Source of the DNA: Fibrobacterales bacterium
Lineage (GTDB): Bacteria; Fibrobacterota; Fibrobacteria; Fibrobacterales; JAOPTW01
Length of the DNA stretch: 17,547 nt
Assembly (NCBI GenBank): GCA_051532035.1
Contig: JAOPTW010000028.1
Coordinates: 4,874 to 22,420, forward strand
Direction: 5' to 3'
A program made the position numbers and the translations under genes. The first letter of the stretch is position 1. Each line of letters opens with the position of its first letter. This document shows positions 15,330 through 17,547 of this stretch, in pieces. Under the pieces are notes generated by a model that worked only from the letters and a program-made list of their open reading frames with translations, was not told the DNA's origin and searched no databases.

Positions 15330-17186
15330 ATGAACTATATCTTAACGGTTCTATTGATTGTATTCTTTCATATCTACAGTACAGCCCAAACATGGGAAAA
15401 GTCTTTTACTGCCGGATCATACGATAAAAATGGTGCATTTATGGGAGGTTCCCAAATAATGCACTTACAGGGGTATAAGGGAAAACTTTATGCTGCAAAC
15501 AGTTATTGGGAAGACTCTAATAGAGGGTCCGTTGGAAATGATTACTCGAAAGGGTGGGCTCAAATTCTCAAAAAGGGAGGCCCTGAAAAAAGATGGAAAG
15601 TAGATCTCGATATGGGACTAGGACATCTACGGCCAGAAATTTTAGAGGAACTTGTTTTTACGTTAGATAAAAATGGGGAGCCATTAGATAAACCAGAAGA
15701 ATTATTAGTTGCGGCATCCATAGATCACATTAAAGGAAAATATAAAACAATATTTGTCTATACGCGCATTAATGGTAATGGAGGTCGCTGGGAAAAAGTT
15801 CCCGTCTATTCTGGATGGGCAGACCATAAAGAAGATTTTTGTGTGAGAACAATAAAAGTATATACCGATAAGAAGACCGGCGAAGAACGCGTTTTTATAT
15901 CTATTGGAGAGAAAGGCATTTTGTCTGGTGTGTATGATCCTTCCGTGAAAGGTAAAATTAGATGGGATGATGATCTAGAATTTGGCCCGGTGAAAACGCG
16001 TACTTTAGGGATGGTTGTAGCAAACGGCAATCTCTATTTTTCATCAGATACTAAGATATATAAAAGAAAAAATGGTCTAAATGTAGATCCTTCAGAACGG
16101 TATAAGGTTGTGCACAATTTTAAGGATCTAAAGAAAACAGAGGGCCCAACAATATCGCCTATTGGGGGAATTCGTGGCCTTACTACAATTCCTAATCCTC
16201 ATTGCACTACGGACGAATCTAAAGAGAAGTGCTTGAAAGAATCACTTATATTGGTATGGGCCCCAGATAATACATCACAAGGAGATATTTTTAGGCTTGA
16301 TCCTAATCCAGATAAAAAGCATGCATTTGTTCGTACAAAAGAAACAACGTTGAGTACATTGGTTAATAATTATTTAGGAGAGGATATCTGTCGTTTTGTT
16401 CTTGCTGGCTACAATAAATTTTTACCAATTGATAAGGGAGGAAAGAAAAAATATATTGTTGGTATGGAAGTTGTGATCTCTTCAACGTCATATCCTTTCC
16501 ATTACGGAGCTAATAATGTAAAGTTTTATAGAGGTGCACTCTATGCGGTTCGTAATGAAGATGGGACTCAATATAGGATAAAAGAAGTCAATGTCCGCAT
16601 AAAGAAAAATGATCCACCACTTGTTGCTATTTACGATTATGAGCATTCACCCTTTGAAGGTGAAAATGCGATTTATTTCAGTGGTTTAGATCCAAACTTT
16701 GTGGATGCAACTAATCTCGCGTGGATTTATAAAAGAACTACCCTGACGGAACAGAAGCCAACAATGGCTCCACAAATGTTCAGTCTACCAGTGGCAGCAC
16801 CATCAAAATCAGAATATGAAGATGACGTTGAAATCCTGTCTGCACCATCACCATCAAAAACAGAAACTATACATGAGATTGTATCAGAAGGTATGCCACC
16901 CCCAGCGCAAAAAATTATAACGCTGGATGATACAGATGCAATTGCTCCGATAGCTGAGTCTGATGCGTATTCTGTATCAGTGAGCTATAATAATGGAGTT
17001 TTTTCATTACTTTCAAAGTCTCAACAGAGCGCTTTGGTAAAAATAATTTCCTTAGACGGTAGTGTTGTTTATGAAGGAATGGTTAATGGTTCTAAAGCAC
17101 TTCAATTAAATAATGGCATTCATTATGTTGAAGTGCACTCTCATGAAGCAGTAACAAAATTGGTTTTGCCCAATATACTACACTAG
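15330..17186 (+). CDS. Secreted hypothetical protein: large beta-rich domain, Pro/Ser/Thr linker, T9SS-type C-terminal domain
   Basis: AGGAG SD. Signal peptide ending STA-Q. Linker PTMAPQ...APSPSK. C-terminus VKIISLDGSVV...LNNGIHYVEV. Confidence 0.85.
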   Translation: MNYILTVLLIVFFHIYSTAQTWEKSFTAGSYDKNGAFMGGSQIMHLQGYKGKLYAANSYWEDSNRGSVGNDYSKGWAQILKKGGPEKRWKVDLDMGLGHLRPEILEELVFTLDKNGEPLDKPEELLVAASIDHIKGKYKTIFVYTRINGNGGRWEKVPVYSGWADHKEDFCVRTIKVYTDKKTGEERVFISIGEKGILSGVYDPSVKGKIRWDDDLEFGPVKTRTLGMVVANGNLYFSSDTKIYKRKNGLNVDPSERYKVVHNFKDLKKTEGPTISPIGGIRGLTTIPNPHCTTDESKEKCLKESLILVWAPDNTSQGDIFRLDPNPDKKHAFVRTKETTLSTLVNNYLGEDICRFVLAGYNKFLPIDKGGKKKYIVGMEVVISSTSYPFHYGANNVKFYRGALYAVRNEDGTQYRIKEVNVRIKKNDPPLVAIYDYEHSPFEGENAIYFSGLDPNFVDATNLAWIYKRTTLTEQKPTMAPQMFSLPVAAPSKSEYEDDVEILSAPSPSKTETIHEIVSEGMPPPAQKIITLDDTDAIAPIAESDAYSVSVSYNNGVFSLLSKSQQSALVKIISLDGSVVYEGMVNGSKALQLNNGIHYVEVHSHEAVTKLVLPNILH

Positions 17187-17202
17187 AGCATCCCTATCCT
17201 GT

Positions 17203-17242
17203 AGTGTTCATTTACCTCTTTAGTAGGTAGGTGGGCACTTTT
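17203..17242 (+). terminator. Rho-independent terminator of the 15330-17186 gene
   Basis: agtgttcatttacct-ctttagt-aggtaggtgggcact-ttt forms a 15-bp stem with four G.U pairs, so it pairs fully only in the + strand RNA. Starts 16 bp after the stop. Confidence 0.7.
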
Positions 17243-17393
17243 ATAACTATTGAGATTAGATATTAAATCGATTATATGGAATTTAGGTTAACGCCTATGT
17301 GTATAGGGAGATCTCCAGCGTATTTCCTTCACCACGGAGACATAACTCAAAATTCTAAATAGTTATGAGCTTTCAAAAAGTACACTTTTCCTA

Positions 17394-17422
17394 TAGACTT
17401 AAAAACACATTTGTGGTATAAT
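17394..17422 (+). promoter_or_regulatory. Sigma70-type promoter for a transcript running out of the window
   Basis: -35 TAGACT (17394-17399), 17-bp spacer, perfect TATAAT (17417-17422) preceded by TGn (extended -10). Confidence 0.6.
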
Positions 17423-17447
17423 GCATAAACGAGGCGAATAAGATGTA

Positions 17448-17473
17448 TAGTCTAAATGTGTAGTCTAAATATG
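17448..17473 (+). repeat. 13-bp tandem repeat downstream of the predicted promoter
   Basis: tagtctaaatgtg tagtctaaatatg, 12/13 identical. Confidence 0.6.
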
Positions 17474-17547
17474 TTTTTTAAAAGAACAGTATGTAGTGCT
17501 CTGTGCAAACAGCAACTCATCTATTTATTTCTCTTCTCACTTCTCCC

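Noticed and set aside
114..16030. Remaining short ORFs of 62-132 aa (e.g. 114-344, 1609-1881, 1821-2039, 2486-2701, 5940-6242, 10082-10456, 11375-11773, 11448-11768, 12570-12767, 14452-14721, 15806-16030)
   Set aside because: They are antisense or alternate-frame shadows of well-supported genes. The similarity between 11448-11768 and 12570-12767 simply reflects the DNA duplication.

Overview
AT-rich bacterial window. Two secreted proteins have Ser/Pro-rich linkers and T9SS-type C-terminal domains, which suggests the FCB group, possibly Fibrobacterota (inference). Contents in order: (1) a 5'-truncated hypothetical gene; (2) an overlapping small-protein/nucleotidyltransferase pair resembling a toxin-antitoxin module; (3) a translationally coupled minus-strand operon ALDH - glutamine-synthetase-like ligase - Fe-alcohol dehydrogenase - class I glutamine amidotransferase, which reads as a gamma-glutamylation pathway for amine/amino-alcohol catabolism; (4) a lipoprotein, then gene debris and an AT-rich membrane protein gene; (5) an SGNH-LamG secreted esterase; (6) a 1334-aa GH5 glycanase with an F-type (fucose) lectin domain, 14 thrombospondin type-3 repeats and a recently duplicated CBM-like module; (7) a large uncharacterised secreted protein. 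Signals missed by the ORF track: a 134-bp direct repeat (1376-1509 / 14988-15121) encoding a lipoprotein N-terminus and bracketing 13.6 kb, whose differences destroy every GCGC site; a decayed paralog of the first gene at about 8207-8560; an ORF6N/RhuM-type C-terminal gene fragment; and a 30-bp motif shared upstream of the SGNH and GH5 genes. No CRISPR array, rRNA, tRNA, integrase, transposase or reverse transcriptase was recognised.
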